Below are positions 33,833 to 43,728 of a stretch of 43,728 nucleotides of DNA, piece by piece. The position numbers were made by a program, and so were the translations under genes. The first letter of the stretch is position 1. The number at the start of each line of letters is the position of its first letter. The stretch comes from an uncultured Anaerolineaceae bacterium. Lineage in GTDB: Bacteria > Chloroflexota > Dehalococcoidia > Tepidiformales > Tepidiformaceae. A model generated the notes under the pieces. It had not been told where the DNA came from and made no database searches. It was given only the letters and a program-made list of their open reading frames with translations. The stretch is taken from NCBI GenBank assembly GCA_964603275.1, contig CAZRUZ010000002.1, positions 5,750 through 49,477 of the forward strand, in the 5' to 3' direction.

Positions 33833-36238
33833 ATGTCATTCTGGAACGACCGATCGATTGTGACGAAGTTCGTGTTCGTCACGGTAGGTTCACTCGTGCT
33901 GATGTCGCTCGCGATCATCATTGGCGTCTCGCGCGTTATCTCGCGTGAGACGGGCGAGAACACCGACACCATCCTCCAGGACCAGGGCGAGCTGGTCATC
34001 CAGAACGCGCTGGCCGAGATTGAGCGGGAGGCGGCCCGGGCCGGTGCGCTCTCCATGGGGTCGCAGTTCCAGATGACGGCGAAGGGCGCGAGTTCCGAGA
34101 CTCCCTCCGAGGCGACGATCAAAGAGATTGACGACGAGTGGAAGGCATGGCAGAAGGGCGGCGCCGGCGGTCGCGCCGAAGGCATTTACGAGCGGAACAT
34201 CACCACCGCCGCCGCCGAGACCATCGCGGAGTTCCTGACGCGCAATCCCCAGCACATCGAGATGTTCGTGACCGACAAGTACGGCCGGAACATCGCCCAG
34301 ACGGCGGAGACCTCGGACTACTACCAGGCCGATGAGGACTGGTGGAAGAACGCTTACGCCGGCGGCGCGGGCGCCGTCACCGTCGAGCCCGCCGAGTTCG
34401 ACGAGAGCACCGGGAAGTGGGGCATGAACGTGGCCGCCCCGGTCTACGACGGAGCCACCGTCATCGGCATCGTACGCACCACCATCGATGTCACCGCCAC
34501 CCTCGACCAGCTGCGCACCGTCGCCTTCGGGAAGACCGGCAACGCCGTCCTCCTTGATGGCGCGGGCAACGTCCTCTACCACCCGGATGAGAGCCTCTTC
34601 GGCCAGCCGCTGAACGACAGGCTGACGGAAGTTGCGACCTCCAGGGCGCCGCTCTTCACCACCTACTCCGATCCCGACGGCAGCTCGTGGCACGTCAACG
34701 CCCTGCCGGCCACCGGCCCGCTCGGCGAACAGCTTGGCTGGGTGGTGGTCACCCGCATGAGCCCCGGTGAAGCCAACGAGGCCACGTCCAGCGCCGTCAA
34801 GCAGGCGACCATCATCATCATCATCGCCGCCCTCATCGCGGCGGGTATCACCGGCGCCGTCGCCTGGGCGGTCGGCAAGCGGGCGAAGCGCCTCGCCGAG
34901 GTGGCGCGCACACTCGCGACGGGAAACATCACGGCGGCTGAAGCCACCGACACCTCACGGGATGAGCTGGGTGCGGTCGCGGCTTCGTTCCGCGAGATGT
35001 GCGCCTACTTCAGCGAAATGGTCGGCGCGACCGCCGCCCTTGCCGGGGGCGACCTCGACGCCAGCGTGAAGCCGCGCGGCAAGGATGACCGCCTGGGCAA
35101 CGCCCTCAGCGAGATGTTCTCCGAGGTCTCCCGCGTGGTTGCCGGCGTCAAAGACCAGAGCGCGGCCATCCTCGGCGTCGCCGATGACCTGCAGACCTCC
35201 TCGCAGCAGCTTGCCGCCTCAACCGGCCAGATCTCCCTCGCTATGGAGGACGTGACGCGCTCCGCCGTCTCGCTCGCCGGGCTGTCGCAAGAATCCGCAA
35301 CCGAAGTGGGCTCGCTCGCCGAAGTCTCGCGCGGGGTCTCCGGAGCAGCGGAGGAGAGTCTCACGTCAGTTGAAATGTCGAAGAGCGAAGCGGCTCGCAT
35401 CGGTGAGCGCATTACCACGGTTGCCGCCGCCTCCGGCGAGGTCGCCTCAGCGGCGAGTGAATCCAAGCGCGCCGCCGAACAAGGTCAGCGTGCCGTCACC
35501 GAAGCGGTGAGTTCGATGGAGGCGATCGCCGTCGCCGTTGAACGCGCCTCGCGCACGGTCGACCAGCTGGGCGAATACGGTCAGCAGATCGGCGACATCG
35601 TGAAGGCGATCGATGAGATTGCCGCCCAGACCAACCTCCTCGCCCTCAATGCCGCCATCGAGGCTGCCCGGGCCGGCGAGCAGGGCCGCGGCTTCGCCGT
35701 GGTGGCCGAGAACGTCCGTTCGCTGGCGGAGCGTTCAAGCGAATCGACGAAGGAGATCGCCGAACTTATCGCCCGCGTGCAGGCCGGGACGGAAGAAGCC
35801 GTCCATGCCATGGCCGCGGGGGTGGCGGATGTGGAGAAGGGCCGTGCCATCACGTCCGAGGCTGGATCAGCCCTGGAGGCCATCATCAAGTCGGTTGAGG
35901 CCTCGGCCACGAGCATGCAGGCCATCGCCCATGACGTCCAGGACCTCGCCGGCGGCGCCCAGCGGATTGTCGATGCTTCCCAGGTGGTTGCGGAACGGAC
36001 CGCCCACACCGTCGACGGTGCGGCGACCCTGAGTTCCGGCACCGCCCGTGTGAGCGACGCCATTCTTCAGGTTTCCGCCACCAGCGAAGAGACGTCGGCT
36101 GCCGCCGAGGAAGTTTCGGCCTCAACCCAGGAGCTGACCGCCCAGTCGGGCGACCTGGCGACAACGGCGACCCGCATGCGCGAACTTGCGAACAGCCTCG
36201 CGGCCTCAGTCGCCCGCTTCAGGGGCAGCACCGCCTGA
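33833..36238 (+). CDS. Methyl-accepting chemotaxis protein with an extracytoplasmic Cache-like sensor and a HAMP domain
   Basis: TM1 ([20 protein letters not shown]), a sensor of about 300 aa, TM2 ([21 protein letters not shown]) and a HAMP domain. Signalling hairpin [41 protein letters not shown]. Confidence 0.9.
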   Translation: MSFWNDRSIVTKFVFVTVGSLVLMSLAIIIGVSRVISRETGENTDTILQDQGELVIQNALAEIEREAARAGALSMGSQFQMTAKGASSETPSEATIKEIDDEWKAWQKGGAGGRAEGIYERNITTAAAETIAEFLTRNPQHIEMFVTDKYGRNIAQTAETSDYYQADEDWWKNAYAGGAGAVTVEPAEFDESTGKWGMNVAAPVYDGATVIGIVRTTIDVTATLDQLRTVAFGKTGNAVLLDGAGNVLYHPDESLFGQPLNDRLTEVATSRAPLFTTYSDPDGSSWHVNALPATGPLGEQLGWVVVTRMSPGEANEATSSAVKQATIIIIIAALIAAGITGAVAWAVGKRAKRLAEVARTLATGNITAAEATDTSRDELGAVAASFREMCAYFSEMVGATAALAGGDLDASVKPRGKDDRLGNALSEMFSEVSRVVAGVKDQSAAILGVADDLQTSSQQLAASTGQISLAMEDVTRSAVSLAGLSQESATEVGSLAEVSRGVSGAAEESLTSVEMSKSEAARIGERITTVAAASGEVASAASESKRAAEQGQRAVTEAVSSMEAIAVAVERASRTVDQLGEYGQQIGDIVKAIDEIAAQTNLLALNAAIEAARAGEQGRGFAVVAENVRSLAERSSESTKEIAELIARVQAGTEEAVHAMAAGVADVEKGRAITSEAGSALEAIIKSVEASATSMQAIAHDVQDLAGGAQRIVDASQVVAERTAHTVDGAATLSSGTARVSDAILQVSATSEETSAAAEEVSASTQELTAQSGDLATTATRMRELANSLAASVARFRGSTA

Positions 36239-36265
36239 CGGCCGCCATAGAATGAACGCCCAAGA

Positions 36266-36296
36266 GCGCCGGGTGGCCGATCCTGGCCCCCGGCGC
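36266..36296. terminator. Hairpin between the convergent MCP gene and the small membrane protein gene
   Basis: GCGCCGGG...CCCGGCGC with an inner GGCC/GGCC pairing, in the 59-nt convergent gap. Confidence 0.45.
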
Positions 36297-36297
36297 C

Positions 36298-36624
36298 TTA
36301 ACCTGTCCCGGTTTGCTGCTTCTTTCGGCGTGACAGGCTCTTGCTGGCAATCCACCGCGTCGTGATCCGCGAGAACCCGAGCCCGAGGATCACCGCCCAA
36401 AACGCCGAGGCGAAGACGAAGAACCCGGGGCTTTCAGCCGAAAAGATGCCCATGTAGAGCCCCACGAATCCCCCGAGGGCGAAGGCGAAGAACACCGGGA
36501 AGGTCCGCCACTTCCAGGGCGCCATCGTCCCCTTTCCTACCGGCGCTGTTGGCCGCCCTCCGGCGACGGTGGCGGCAGCCGATGGTGACCCGGGCTGGCG
36601 GTTGCGCCGCTTGCGGGTGCTCAT
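36298..36624 (-). CDS. Small membrane protein (two TM helices, basic termini)
   Basis: WRTFPVFFAFALGGFVGLYMGIF and GFFVFASAFWAVILGLGF. ATGA overlap with the upstream gene. Confidence 0.55.
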   Translation of the reverse strand: MSTRKRRNRQPGSPSAAATVAGGRPTAPVGKGTMAPWKWRTFPVFFAFALGGFVGLYMGIFSAESPGFFVFASAFWAVILGLGFSRITTRWIASKSLSRRKKQQTGTG

Positions 36625-36851
36625 GACGGGATCCGGTGGCGCAGCCGCCAGGCCATGTCACAGCGAAGGCAGAACGGCACGACATCGCGCCCCAGCATGT
36701 TCCGAAATCCGATCACGTGTACTCCACAGGCCCGGCCCGCTTCGTTGATGCGGGCATCGGGGAAATGAAAGAGGCCGCCGCAATCGGCGCAGGTCCGTGC
36801 GCCGCGCGGGCCGATGGGCTGTTTGCACTCGCAGCAGCGAGGTTCGCTCAT
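36621..36851 (-). CDS. Cys-rich small protein, paralog of the N-domain of the next gene
   Basis: 76 aa with C6xxC9-x11-C21xxC24GxLFH29-x12-C42G-x17-C61xxC64. ATGA overlaps at both ends. Confidence 0.6.
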   Translation of the reverse strand: MSEPRCCECKQPIGPRGARTCADCGGLFHFPDARINEAGRACGVHVIGFRNMLGRDVVPFCLRCDMAWRLRHRIPS

Positions 36852-37228
36852 GGGCCTCCCCGGGCGAACTCGATCACGTCGCCACGGCGGAACAGGAGCG
36901 TGCCGCTGCCAGTCCGCCGGTGCCGCAGCCGCCCCAGGGCAACCGCGTCCAGCAGCTGAGCATCTGAAACGCCGGCAACATTCGCCGCCTCGGCGGCGTC
37001 AAGGACGTCATCAAGGTCTGCCGGCGCCGGGTTGAGGCAGGTGTTGCAGGCAAACTCCAGGCCGAGGTGCTCTTCGTTGATCCACACCTGGCCGCAATCA
37101 TCGCCGGGCAGATCGACGCGCTGGTTGAGGTGGTAGAGACTCCCGCACCGGCTGCACCAGGCTTCCATGTGCCGCGCGACGGTGAGGCTGCAGACGATGC
37201 AGGGCCCGGAATCCTGTTGTTGTGCCAT
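36848..37228 (-). CDS. Cys-rich domain fused to a C-terminal helix-turn-helix (excisionase/MerR-like) domain
   Basis: 126 aa with C10xxC13-x11-C25xxC28GxLYH33-x11-C45G-x14-C61xxC64. Then AAEAANVAGVSDAQLLDAVALGRLRHRRTGSGTLLFRRGDVIEF, which looks like an HTH_17 domain. Confidence 0.65.
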   Translation of the reverse strand: MAQQQDSGPCIVCSLTVARHMEAWCSRCGSLYHLNQRVDLPGDDCGQVWINEEHLGLEFACNTCLNPAPADLDDVLDAAEAANVAGVSDAQLLDAVALGRLRHRRTGSGTLLFRRGDVIEFARGGP

Positions 37229-37257
37229 GACGAACCTGCGGCGAGGATACTCCAACC

Positions 37258-37287
37258 TTGACTCCGGCGGAACGGAGTCCCTATGAT
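37258..37287 (+). promoter_or_regulatory. Putative rnc promoter TTGACT-18 nt-TATGAT with an embedded inverted repeat
   Basis: GACTCCG-N6-CGGAGTC (37260-37279) fills the spacer. The -10 box is part of the 12-bp palindrome CTATGATCATAG (37281-37292). Confidence 0.4.
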
Positions 37288-37356
37288 CATAGCGCTTTAG
37301 CAATTCCTTTCGGCCACCCCGGTGGCCGTGCCCGGGTGAACGGGCTGGGAGGGTGC

Positions 37357-38076
37357 GTGGCGCTGGCCACCAGGTCGGACATCTCAGAACTTGCGGCACG
37401 CCTCGGCGGAAAGCCGCTGCCCGCCGACCTCCTCGCACAGGCCCTCACCCACGCGTCCTACCTGAATGAGGCCGACGCCAGCGCCCAGTCGAACGAGCGC
37501 CTCGAGTTCCTCGGAGATTCAGTCCTCGGCATGGTCATCGCTGCTGTCCTGTTCGATGCGTTTCCTGAAGCCGGGGAGGGTGAGCTCACCCGCATGCGCG
37601 CCGACATCGTCCGCGGGACGTCGCTCGCGCGGGCTGCGGAGCGCATCGGTCTCGGCGAATTCCTGATCCTCGGCCGCGGCGAGGAAGCCGCAGGAGGGCG
37701 CGAGCGCGACCGCAACCTCGCCGGCGCCATCGAGGCGGTCATCGGCGCCGTCTACCGGGCCCGGGGCCTCCGTGAAGCGCAGGCGCTCACCCGGCGCCTC
37801 CTCAAGCCAGAGCTCGAACGCACTCGCCGCCACGGCGCGCTCGTCGATCCGAAAAGCTCGCTCCAGCACGTGGTCCAGGCGCGATGGCACGAACCCCCGG
37901 AATATGTGACGGTTGAGGATGCGGCCGGCTCACCCGCCCGCCGGTTCGTGGTTGAAGTGCGCATCGCTGGCGAAACCCTCGGCCGGGGTGAGGGTCGCAG
38001 CAAGCGGGAGGCACAACAACAGGCAGCCCAGGAAGCCGTCACCTGGCTCACCGCCCAGAAACGCGGGGAGGGCTAG
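37357..38076 (+). CDS. rnc: Ribonuclease III
   Basis: Signature NERLEFLGDSVLG and a C-terminal dsRBD. GTG 37357 is preceded by GGGAGGG. Confidence 0.9.
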   Translation: MALATRSDISELAARLGGKPLPADLLAQALTHASYLNEADASAQSNERLEFLGDSVLGMVIAAVLFDAFPEAGEGELTRMRADIVRGTSLARAAERIGLGEFLILGRGEEAAGGRERDRNLAGAIEAVIGAVYRARGLREAQALTRRLLKPELERTRRHGALVDPKSSLQHVVQARWHEPPEYVTVEDAAGSPARRFVVEVRIAGETLGRGEGRSKREAQQQAAQEAVTWLTAQKRGEG

Positions 38077-38080
38077 TTCC

Positions 38081-41000
38081 ATGTACCTGAAAAAGCTCTC
38101 GATCCAGGGATTCAAAAGCTTCGCCAACCGCACCACGTTTGAGTACGGGCGCGGCGTGACGGCGGTGGTCGGCCCCAACGGCTCGGGCAAGAGCAACGTT
38201 TCCGACGCCATCCGCTGGGTGCTTGGCGAGCAGAGCAGCCGCCTCCTCCGCGCGAAAAAGCAGGAGGACGTGATCTTCGCCGGCGGGAAGGACCGGGCGG
38301 CAGTCGGCATGGCCGAAGTCGTCCTCACGCTTGATAACGAAGAGCGCTGGCTCCCCCTCGACTTCGCCGAAGTCGAAATCGCCCGCCGCGTCTACCGGAA
38401 CGGTGACTCGGAATACCTGCTCAACGGTTCGCGCGTCCGGCTCCGGGACGTGATCGACCTCCTGATGAAGGGGGACGTCGGCCAGAACAGCTACTCCATC
38501 ATGGGCCAGGGCCTCGTCGACGAAGTGCTCAGCATGTCCCCCGATGAGCGCCGCTCGTTCCTCGATGAGGCGGCCGACGTAAAGCGCTTCCGCATGAAGA
38601 TCAGGGAGGCCCAGGACCGGCTCTCGGCGACGCGCGACAACATCGGCCGCGTGTCACTCATCATCCAGGAACTCGAACCGCGCCTCGCCCAGCTCAGCCG
38701 CCAGGCCGAGCGCGCCGCAGAACATAAGAAGCTAAGTGCCGAGCTAACCGAACTGCTCAAGGCCTACTACGGTCACCTCTGGAACGAAGGGCAGAACACC
38801 CTCGTCCGCGCCCGCGCCGCGCTCGACCAGGGGAACGCCGAGAACCAGGCTGCCGCGCAACGCGTGACGCAGCTCCGCGAGCAGCTGCGCACCCTCTCGG
38901 AGGAGATCCGCAAACGCCGCGATGCCATCGCCCGCCGCGATGCGAGAAGCACCGACATCGAACACCGTCTCGCCTCGACCGAGCAGGCGATCGCCCTCGA
39001 CCGCGAGCGGCACGCGATGGTCTCGGCGCGCCATGAAGAGGTTCGCGGCGAACTCGAAGCCATCGAGGGCGAGCGTCATTCGCTCGCTTCGACTGACGTT
39101 GATGATGGGCGCCGCGGGATCGAAGTCTCGGGTGAAGTGGACGAAGCCCGGGAGGCGACCCTTCGCGCCCGGCAGGAGCTCGACGCCGCCGAACGGGAGT
39201 ATTCCACGCTCCGCAGCCGCGTCCAGCAATTGCGTGATGGCGCGGACGATGATGACCGCCGCGCGAGCGGCATGCAGGCCGATATCGACAACGCCGGCCG
39301 CCGCATCGCCGACCTTGAGCGCGAAATCGAACAGCTCTCCGCCCGGCGCAAACAGGTGATTGTCGAGTTGATCGGCTACGGCCGGCGCTTCGCCGAAGCC
39401 CGTGCCGCCGTCAGCGATGGCGAGGGGCGCCTGGATGGCGCGCGTGCCGCTGCCGACGCCGCTCGCGAGCAACTGATCCGTGTGCAGGAAGAGGTCCGCG
39501 AGTTCGAGACCGCCGGCAACAGCGACTTGCGCGAGCTCGACCACCTCGAGGGCCGGCTCGACGCCCTTTGCCGCGTCCAGGCCGAGCACGATGGTGTGGC
39601 CGCCGGGACGCGCGCGGTCCTGATCATGGGGCAGGCATTGATGGAGGAATTCGAGCCAGGGAGTCTCGGCGAACCGCCGGAAATCCCTGGAGTCATCGGC
39701 CTCCTCTCGCGCCAGCTCAAGGTTCCCGCCGGGCTCGAAGTGGCGATCAACGCCGCGCTTGAGCAGCGCCTCCACGCCGTCATCGTCGAGAACGAAGCCG
39801 TCGCCCTCGAGGCGATCGCCTCGCTGCAGCGGCGAAAGCAGGGCCGGGCCCAGTTCCTCCCGCTTGACGCGGTCCGCCACGTCTACCCCCTGAACCTCCA
39901 GAAGGAACGCGGCGTCGTCGGCGTCGCGGCCAAGCTCGTCCGCTGTGAGCAGCGGATGAAGCCGCTGGTCGATACCCTCCTCGGCCGCGTCATCGTCGTC
40001 GAGGATGTCCAGACCGGCCTCCGCATGATCCGCCGCGCCCTCGGCTCGGTTGTCACTGTCGATGGGGTGTTCATCGAACAAACCGGCGTACTGGCCGGCG
40101 GCTCGACCGGCGCCGATGAAGGCGAGTTCATCCGGCTGCGCGAGCTGGAAGAACTCCCGGAACGCATCGAGGAGCTTCGCAAGCGCACCACCGTGACCGC
40201 CGAGCGCGTCGCCAACGCCCGCGCCGCAATCGACCAGGTGGCGAAGCGCTCTCACGAGGCCGAGGCCGAGTACGAGATGATGCGGCGGGCCCTCGAAGGC
40301 GCCCGTTTCGACCTCGAGCGCGAGCGCGAGCGCCTGCACCGCCTGAGGCGCGACATGGATGCGATCCGCTCCAAGCGCGCCGACATCGAGCGTGAACAGG
40401 ATGGCCGCACGGCCCAGATCGCGCAGGCGTCCCTGGCCGCGACCCAGCTCCAGCGGCGGCGCGATGAGCGCCGGACCGAGCTTGAGGCGCTCGACACCGA
40501 CCTCCAGCGGGTCACCGAGCGGCGCGAGGCGGCGATTCGGGCGGTCTCCGAGGCGAGCGCGCGGCTCGCCTCCATTGAAGGCGAACGCCGCACGCTCTTC
40601 GCCATGCGCGAACAGCACGAGAAGTCCATCGAGCGGCTTGACAACCAGATCGCGGCCAAGAAGCTCCAGGCCCGCAACCTCGAGCTCGAGGCGAATGTCA
40701 TCAATGAACGGCTGGCGAAGCTGGGGCGGGACCTCGAGGCCATCCATGCCGAGCAGGCCCGTTACGCCGAGGACGCCGCACCGGACCGGGATGAGTTGCA
40801 CCGTCTCGAGAACCACGAGCGGACAATTCAGGACGAGTACAACGAGGCGCAGGAGCAACTCCTGGCGATCGACCGCAAGCGGCTCGACCTCGAAGCCGAG
40901 CTCGCCCGCACAAACGAGCACCTGGAACACCTTCGCCTTGAAATGGAACGCGAAGGGCTCGCCCCCGACCGCTCCGGCCGGATCGTCTCGTTCGACGAAG

Positions 41001-41734
41001 CCATGGCAACCGACCCCATGTTCGACGTCGATTCGCTGCAGGCGCCCCGCATTCAGGGCGGCGCCGACGTGGACGTCGCGGCGATGCGCTCGCGCATCGA
41101 GGATCTCCGCCGCCAGATCCGGCGCCTCGGCGCGATCAATGCCGAAGCGCCGGGGGATTTCGCCGAGTTCCAGGAGCGCCACGAATTCCTCACCGTCCAG
41201 CTGGCCGACCTCTCCGATGCCGAGGCCCAGCTGCGTACGGCGATCTCCGACCTCAACGAGGAGATCCGCTCCCGGTTCACCACCACTTTCGAACGCGTGA
41301 ACACCAGCTTCGGCGAGTACTTCCAGGCGTTCTTCGGCGGTGGAAGCGCCGCGCTCCTGCTGACCGACCCGGACGACCTGGCCAACGCGGGGATCGATAT
41401 TGAGGCCCAGCCGCCGGGCAAGCGGATCAAGAGCCTCGCCCTGCTCTCCGGCGGTGAGCGCTCACTGACCGCGGTCGCCCTGCTGTTCGCCCTGCTGACC
41501 GCGAACCCGGCCCCGTTCTGCGTGCTGGATGAAGTCGATGCCGCCCTCGACGAAGCGAACGTGGGCCGGTTCACTGCCGCGCTCCGCAAGCTCTCCGAGA
41601 AGACGCAGTTCCTGGTTGTCACCCACAACCGCCGGACGATCGAGGTCGCCGACGCCATCTATGGTGTCTCCATGGGGCGCGATGGTGTCTCGAAGGTCCT
41701 CAGCCTGCGGCTTTCCGATATCCCTCAGAATTGA
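38081..41734 (+). CDS. smc: Chromosome segregation protein SMC
   Basis: [14 protein letters not shown], Walker [10 protein letters not shown], long coiled coils, a hinge, LSGGE and Walker [10 protein letters not shown]. Confidence 0.95.
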   Translation: MYLKKLSIQGFKSFANRTTFEYGRGVTAVVGPNGSGKSNVSDAIRWVLGEQSSRLLRAKKQEDVIFAGGKDRAAVGMAEVVLTLDNEERWLPLDFAEVEIARRVYRNGDSEYLLNGSRVRLRDVIDLLMKGDVGQNSYSIMGQGLVDEVLSMSPDERRSFLDEAADVKRFRMKIREAQDRLSATRDNIGRVSLIIQELEPRLAQLSRQAERAAEHKKLSAELTELLKAYYGHLWNEGQNTLVRARAALDQGNAENQAAAQRVTQLREQLRTLSEEIRKRRDAIARRDARSTDIEHRLASTEQAIALDRERHAMVSARHEEVRGELEAIEGERHSLASTDVDDGRRGIEVSGEVDEAREATLRARQELDAAEREYSTLRSRVQQLRDGADDDDRRASGMQADIDNAGRRIADLEREIEQLSARRKQVIVELIGYGRRFAEARAAVSDGEGRLDGARAAADAAREQLIRVQEEVREFETAGNSDLRELDHLEGRLDALCRVQAEHDGVAAGTRAVLIMGQALMEEFEPGSLGEPPEIPGVIGLLSRQLKVPAGLEVAINAALEQRLHAVIVENEAVALEAIASLQRRKQGRAQFLPLDAVRHVYPLNLQKERGVVGVAAKLVRCEQRMKPLVDTLLGRVIVVEDVQTGLRMIRRALGSVVTVDGVFIEQTGVLAGGSTGADEGEFIRLRELEELPERIEELRKRTTVTAERVANARAAIDQVAKRSHEAEAEYEMMRRALEGARFDLERERERLHRLRRDMDAIRSKRADIEREQDGRTAQIAQASLAATQLQRRRDERRTELEALDTDLQRVTERREAAIRAVSEASARLASIEGERRTLFAMREQHEKSIERLDNQIAAKKLQARNLELEANVINERLAKLGRDLEAIHAEQARYAEDAAPDRDELHRLENHERTIQDEYNEAQEQLLAIDRKRLDLEAELARTNEHLEHLRLEMEREGLAPDRSGRIVSFDEAMATDPMFDVDSLQAPRIQGGADVDVAAMRSRIEDLRRQIRRLGAINAEAPGDFAEFQERHEFLTVQLADLSDAEAQLRTAISDLNEEIRSRFTTTFERVNTSFGEYFQAFFGGGSAALLLTDPDDLANAGIDIEAQPPGKRIKSLALLSGGERSLTAVALLFALLTANPAPFCVLDEVDAALDEANVGRFTAALRKLSEKTQFLVVTHNRRTIEVADAIYGVSMGRDGVSKVLSLRLSDIPQN

Positions 41735-41849
41735 ACGACGAAACCCGCCCCCGCGGGCGTGACAGTGCGCCATCCACGGATGCCGGGCCCGACTGCCCCT
41801 TATCCGGCGGGGCGGTACCATCGCGCCAGTATCGGAAGAAGGAGCGCCC

Positions 41850-42881
41850 GTGAGGTTCTGGCGCAGGAAGCCCTCAGAACAATCGCCCGACGTGGTTGAG
41901 TCCACTGCCCCCGAAGGCGGTGACGTCGAACCCGTCCTCGAACCGACGGAAGAGGAGAGGGCCGAGGTCCACGAGCAGACGGAGCGCGCCGTCGAACGGA
42001 CGCGCCGGGGATTCTTCAGCCGGCTCGGCGGACTCTTCGAACGCCCGGACTTCGATGACGCACTCTGGGACGAGCTCGAAGAGATCCTCATCGGCTCCGA
42101 TGCCGGGCTAGGCACAGCCACGGTCATCCTGGATGCGGTGCGGGGCCGCGTGAAGGCCGATGGCGTCAAGCAGAGCGGCCGCGTCCGCGAGATCCTGCGC
42201 GAGGAGCTCGCGGCCATCCTCCACGCCCCCCGTGAGACGCCGCCGGCCTGGGCGCGTGCTGATGCCCCGCCGATGCTCATCATCCTGGTCGTGGGGGTGA
42301 ACGGCGCCGGCAAGACCACGTCCATCGCCAAGATGGCCCACGCCTTCAAGCGCGATGGCGCGACGATTGTCCTTGGCGCCGCCGATACCTTCCGCGCCGC
42401 GGCCACGGACCAACTCAAAGTCTGGGGCGAACGCATCGGGGTTCGCGTCGTCGCCCACCAGCCGGGAGCGGACCCGGGCGCTGTCGTCTTCGATACCCTT
42501 GCGGCCGCCGAGAGCAGCAGTGCGGACGTCGTGATTGTGGACACCGCGGGCCGCCTCCATACGAAGGCGAACCTGATGGAGGAGCTGAAGAAGATCAACC
42601 GGATCATCCAGCGCAACCATGCCGATGGCCCGCACGAAACACTGCTCGTGCTCGATGCCACCACCGGCCAGAACGGCCTGATGCAGGCCAAGACCTTCGC
42701 GGAAGCGGTCGGCGTCACGGGCATCGTCCTCGCCAAGCTCGACGGGACGGCCAAGGGCGGCATTGCCTTCGCCATCGCCCATGAACTCGGCATCCCGGTC
42801 CGCTTCATCGGCACCGGCGAAAAGATGGACGACCTCGCGCCCTTCGACCCGGAGGACTTCGTGGACTCGCTGCTCGCCTGA
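41850..42881 (+). CDS. ftsY: Signal recognition particle receptor
   Basis: AAGGAG RBS and GTG start. [14 protein letters not shown] and [10 protein letters not shown]. Confidence 0.95.
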   Translation: MRFWRRKPSEQSPDVVESTAPEGGDVEPVLEPTEEERAEVHEQTERAVERTRRGFFSRLGGLFERPDFDDALWDELEEILIGSDAGLGTATVILDAVRGRVKADGVKQSGRVREILREELAAILHAPRETPPAWARADAPPMLIILVVGVNGAGKTTSIAKMAHAFKRDGATIVLGAADTFRAAATDQLKVWGERIGVRVVAHQPGADPGAVVFDTLAAAESSSADVVIVDTAGRLHTKANLMEELKKINRIIQRNHADGPHETLLVLDATTGQNGLMQAKTFAEAVGVTGIVLAKLDGTAKGGIAFAIAHELGIPVRFIGTGEKMDDLAPFDPEDFVDSLLA

Positions 42882-42890
42882 GGAGGCCCC

Positions 42891-43728
42891 ATGGGCGACG
42901 TGCTGGCCTTCTGGGTGGTCGCGATGCTTGCCGGGGCAGGCGGCCTCCCCATCGCGATGGTTGTCCTCCGCCGCCTCCCGGATGCGGGGTCGGGCCTGAG
43001 CTTCGCCATGGGCCTGGTCATCGCGAGTTACGGCTACTTCATCCTCCGGGTCCTTTCGGTGCTGCCGCCCGGCCGGGGCGGCTTCGTGCTCGCGTTCGCG
43101 CTGCTCGGCCTGCTTGCGGCGGCCGTCGCCGGCCGCGATCGCTGGCTGCTGGTCACCTGGCGGCGCGCGTGGCCAGGTGCCGTCATGGCCGCCAGCGTCT
43201 TCACCTTCGCCTACTTCGGCTACGTGGCTTTCCGCTCTTACAACGCCGACATCGGCGGTACCGAGCAGCCGATGGACCTGATGTACCTGAATGCTGCCCT
43301 GGTCTCGCCGGAATACCCGCCCCACGACCCCTGGCTCGCCGGCGAACGGGCCAGCTACTACTACTTCGGCTACATCCACTCCGCCGTGCTCACCGGGGTG
43401 TCGGGCGTCCCCTCATCAACGGGGTACAACCTCTCGCTGGCCTACACCTTCGCAGCCACGGCAGCCGGCGCGGGGTCCCTGGCGTTCGCGCTTGCCCGCT
43501 GGACCGCCGGGTCGCGCGGCCGTGGCTGGGCATTCGGCGCCGCAGCTGCAGCGATCGGCCTACTCCTCTTCGTCGGGTCGCTCTCCGCGGTGTTTGAGTG
43601 GGCCGCCGCGCACGGTCACACCAATCGGGCGCTGTTCGAAGCCCTTGGCGTCGACTGGGCGATTCCCTGCGAACCCGGCCAGACGGAGGACTGCTACTCT
43701 GGCCAGCTCTCACCGCGGACTGACCGCT
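42891..43728 (+). CDS. DUF2298 / Chlor_Arch_YYY family polytopic membrane protein (3' end outside the window)
   Basis: Not in the ORF track because no stop is reached. AGGAGG at 42881-42886, then ATG 42891. Highly hydrophobic, with [18 protein letters not shown] and the [10 protein letters not shown] (YYYxG) motif. Confidence 0.8.
   Translation, partial: MGDVLAFWVVAMLAGAGGLPIAMVVLRRLPDAGSGLSFAMGLVIASYGYFILRVLSVLPPGRGGFVLAFALLGLLAAAVAGRDRWLLVTWRRAWPGAVMAASVFTFAYFGYVAFRSYNADIGGTEQPMDLMYLNAALVSPEYPPHDPWLAGERASYYYFGYIHSAVLTGVSGVPSSTGYNLSLAYTFAATAAGAGSLAFALARWTAGSRGRGWAFGAAAAAIGLLLFVGSLSAVFEWAAAHGHTNRALFEALGVDWAIPCEPGQTEDCYSGQLSPRTDR

Noticed and set aside
34806-34820. (ATC)5 run considered as a repeat or CRISPR-like element
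   Set aside because: It is a single short in-frame codon repeat inside the MCP gene. No spaced direct repeats, transposase, integrase or terminal inverted repeats were found anywhere in the window.
38744-41182. 812-aa minus-strand ORF inside smc, plus the 519-aa ORF at 41462-43021 across the smc end and ftsY
   Set aside because: Both are antisense to unmistakable SMC and FtsY coding sequence. Neither has motifs.

Overview
This is a high-GC window (about two-thirds G+C by eye), densely packed with housekeeping genes. I found no rRNA, tRNA, CRISPR array, transposase or integrase. The gene content and order look like a Chloroflexota-type chromosome: a DUF2298 'YYY' membrane protein is present, and rnc-smc-ftsY, dnaX-ybaB-recR and rsmI-metG-tatD show Gram-positive-like synteny.

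Gene order:
- hisG' - unknown gene - hisD - hisC - hisB
- APH-like kinase - small helical protein - CoA-type Nudix
- zinc-ribbon protein, murE, cyclophilin
- lipoprotein and small membrane protein (minus strand)
- nitronate monooxygenase plus two family III CoA-transferases
- dnaX-ybaB-recR-recO-FmdB
- minus-strand operon rsmI-metG-tatD-polyprenyl synthase
- guaB3
- minus-strand hisS, then prfA-prmC-HAD
- rel, comM/yifB plus a coupled unknown, nadA (minus strand)
- an orphan methyl-accepting chemotaxis protein
- a minus-strand trio: Cys-rich HTH protein, Cys-rich paralog, membrane protein
- rnc-smc-ftsY, then a YYY membrane protein that runs off the window.

Most long ORFs in the supplied track that lie antisense to these genes are high-GC shadow ORFs. 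Several track ORFs also carry spurious N-terminal extensions.

No defence-island-like or mobile system is evident. The most interesting leads, all inferential:
1. An uncharacterised His/Asp-rich putative phosphoesterase is translationally coupled into the his operon, where no histidinol-phosphate phosphatase is visible.
2. A coupled LvaA/ACAD10-like kinase, small partner protein and CoA-pyrophosphatase Nudix form a module.
3. A coupled trio holds two paralogous 7-Cys/1-His proteins (one with an HTH) and a small membrane protein, next to a palindrome-rich divergent promoter region.
4. Two perfect inverted repeats lie in front of nadA.
5. An AT-rich ACAnnTGTTCT motif is shared by the dnaX-recR-recO and comM upstream regions.
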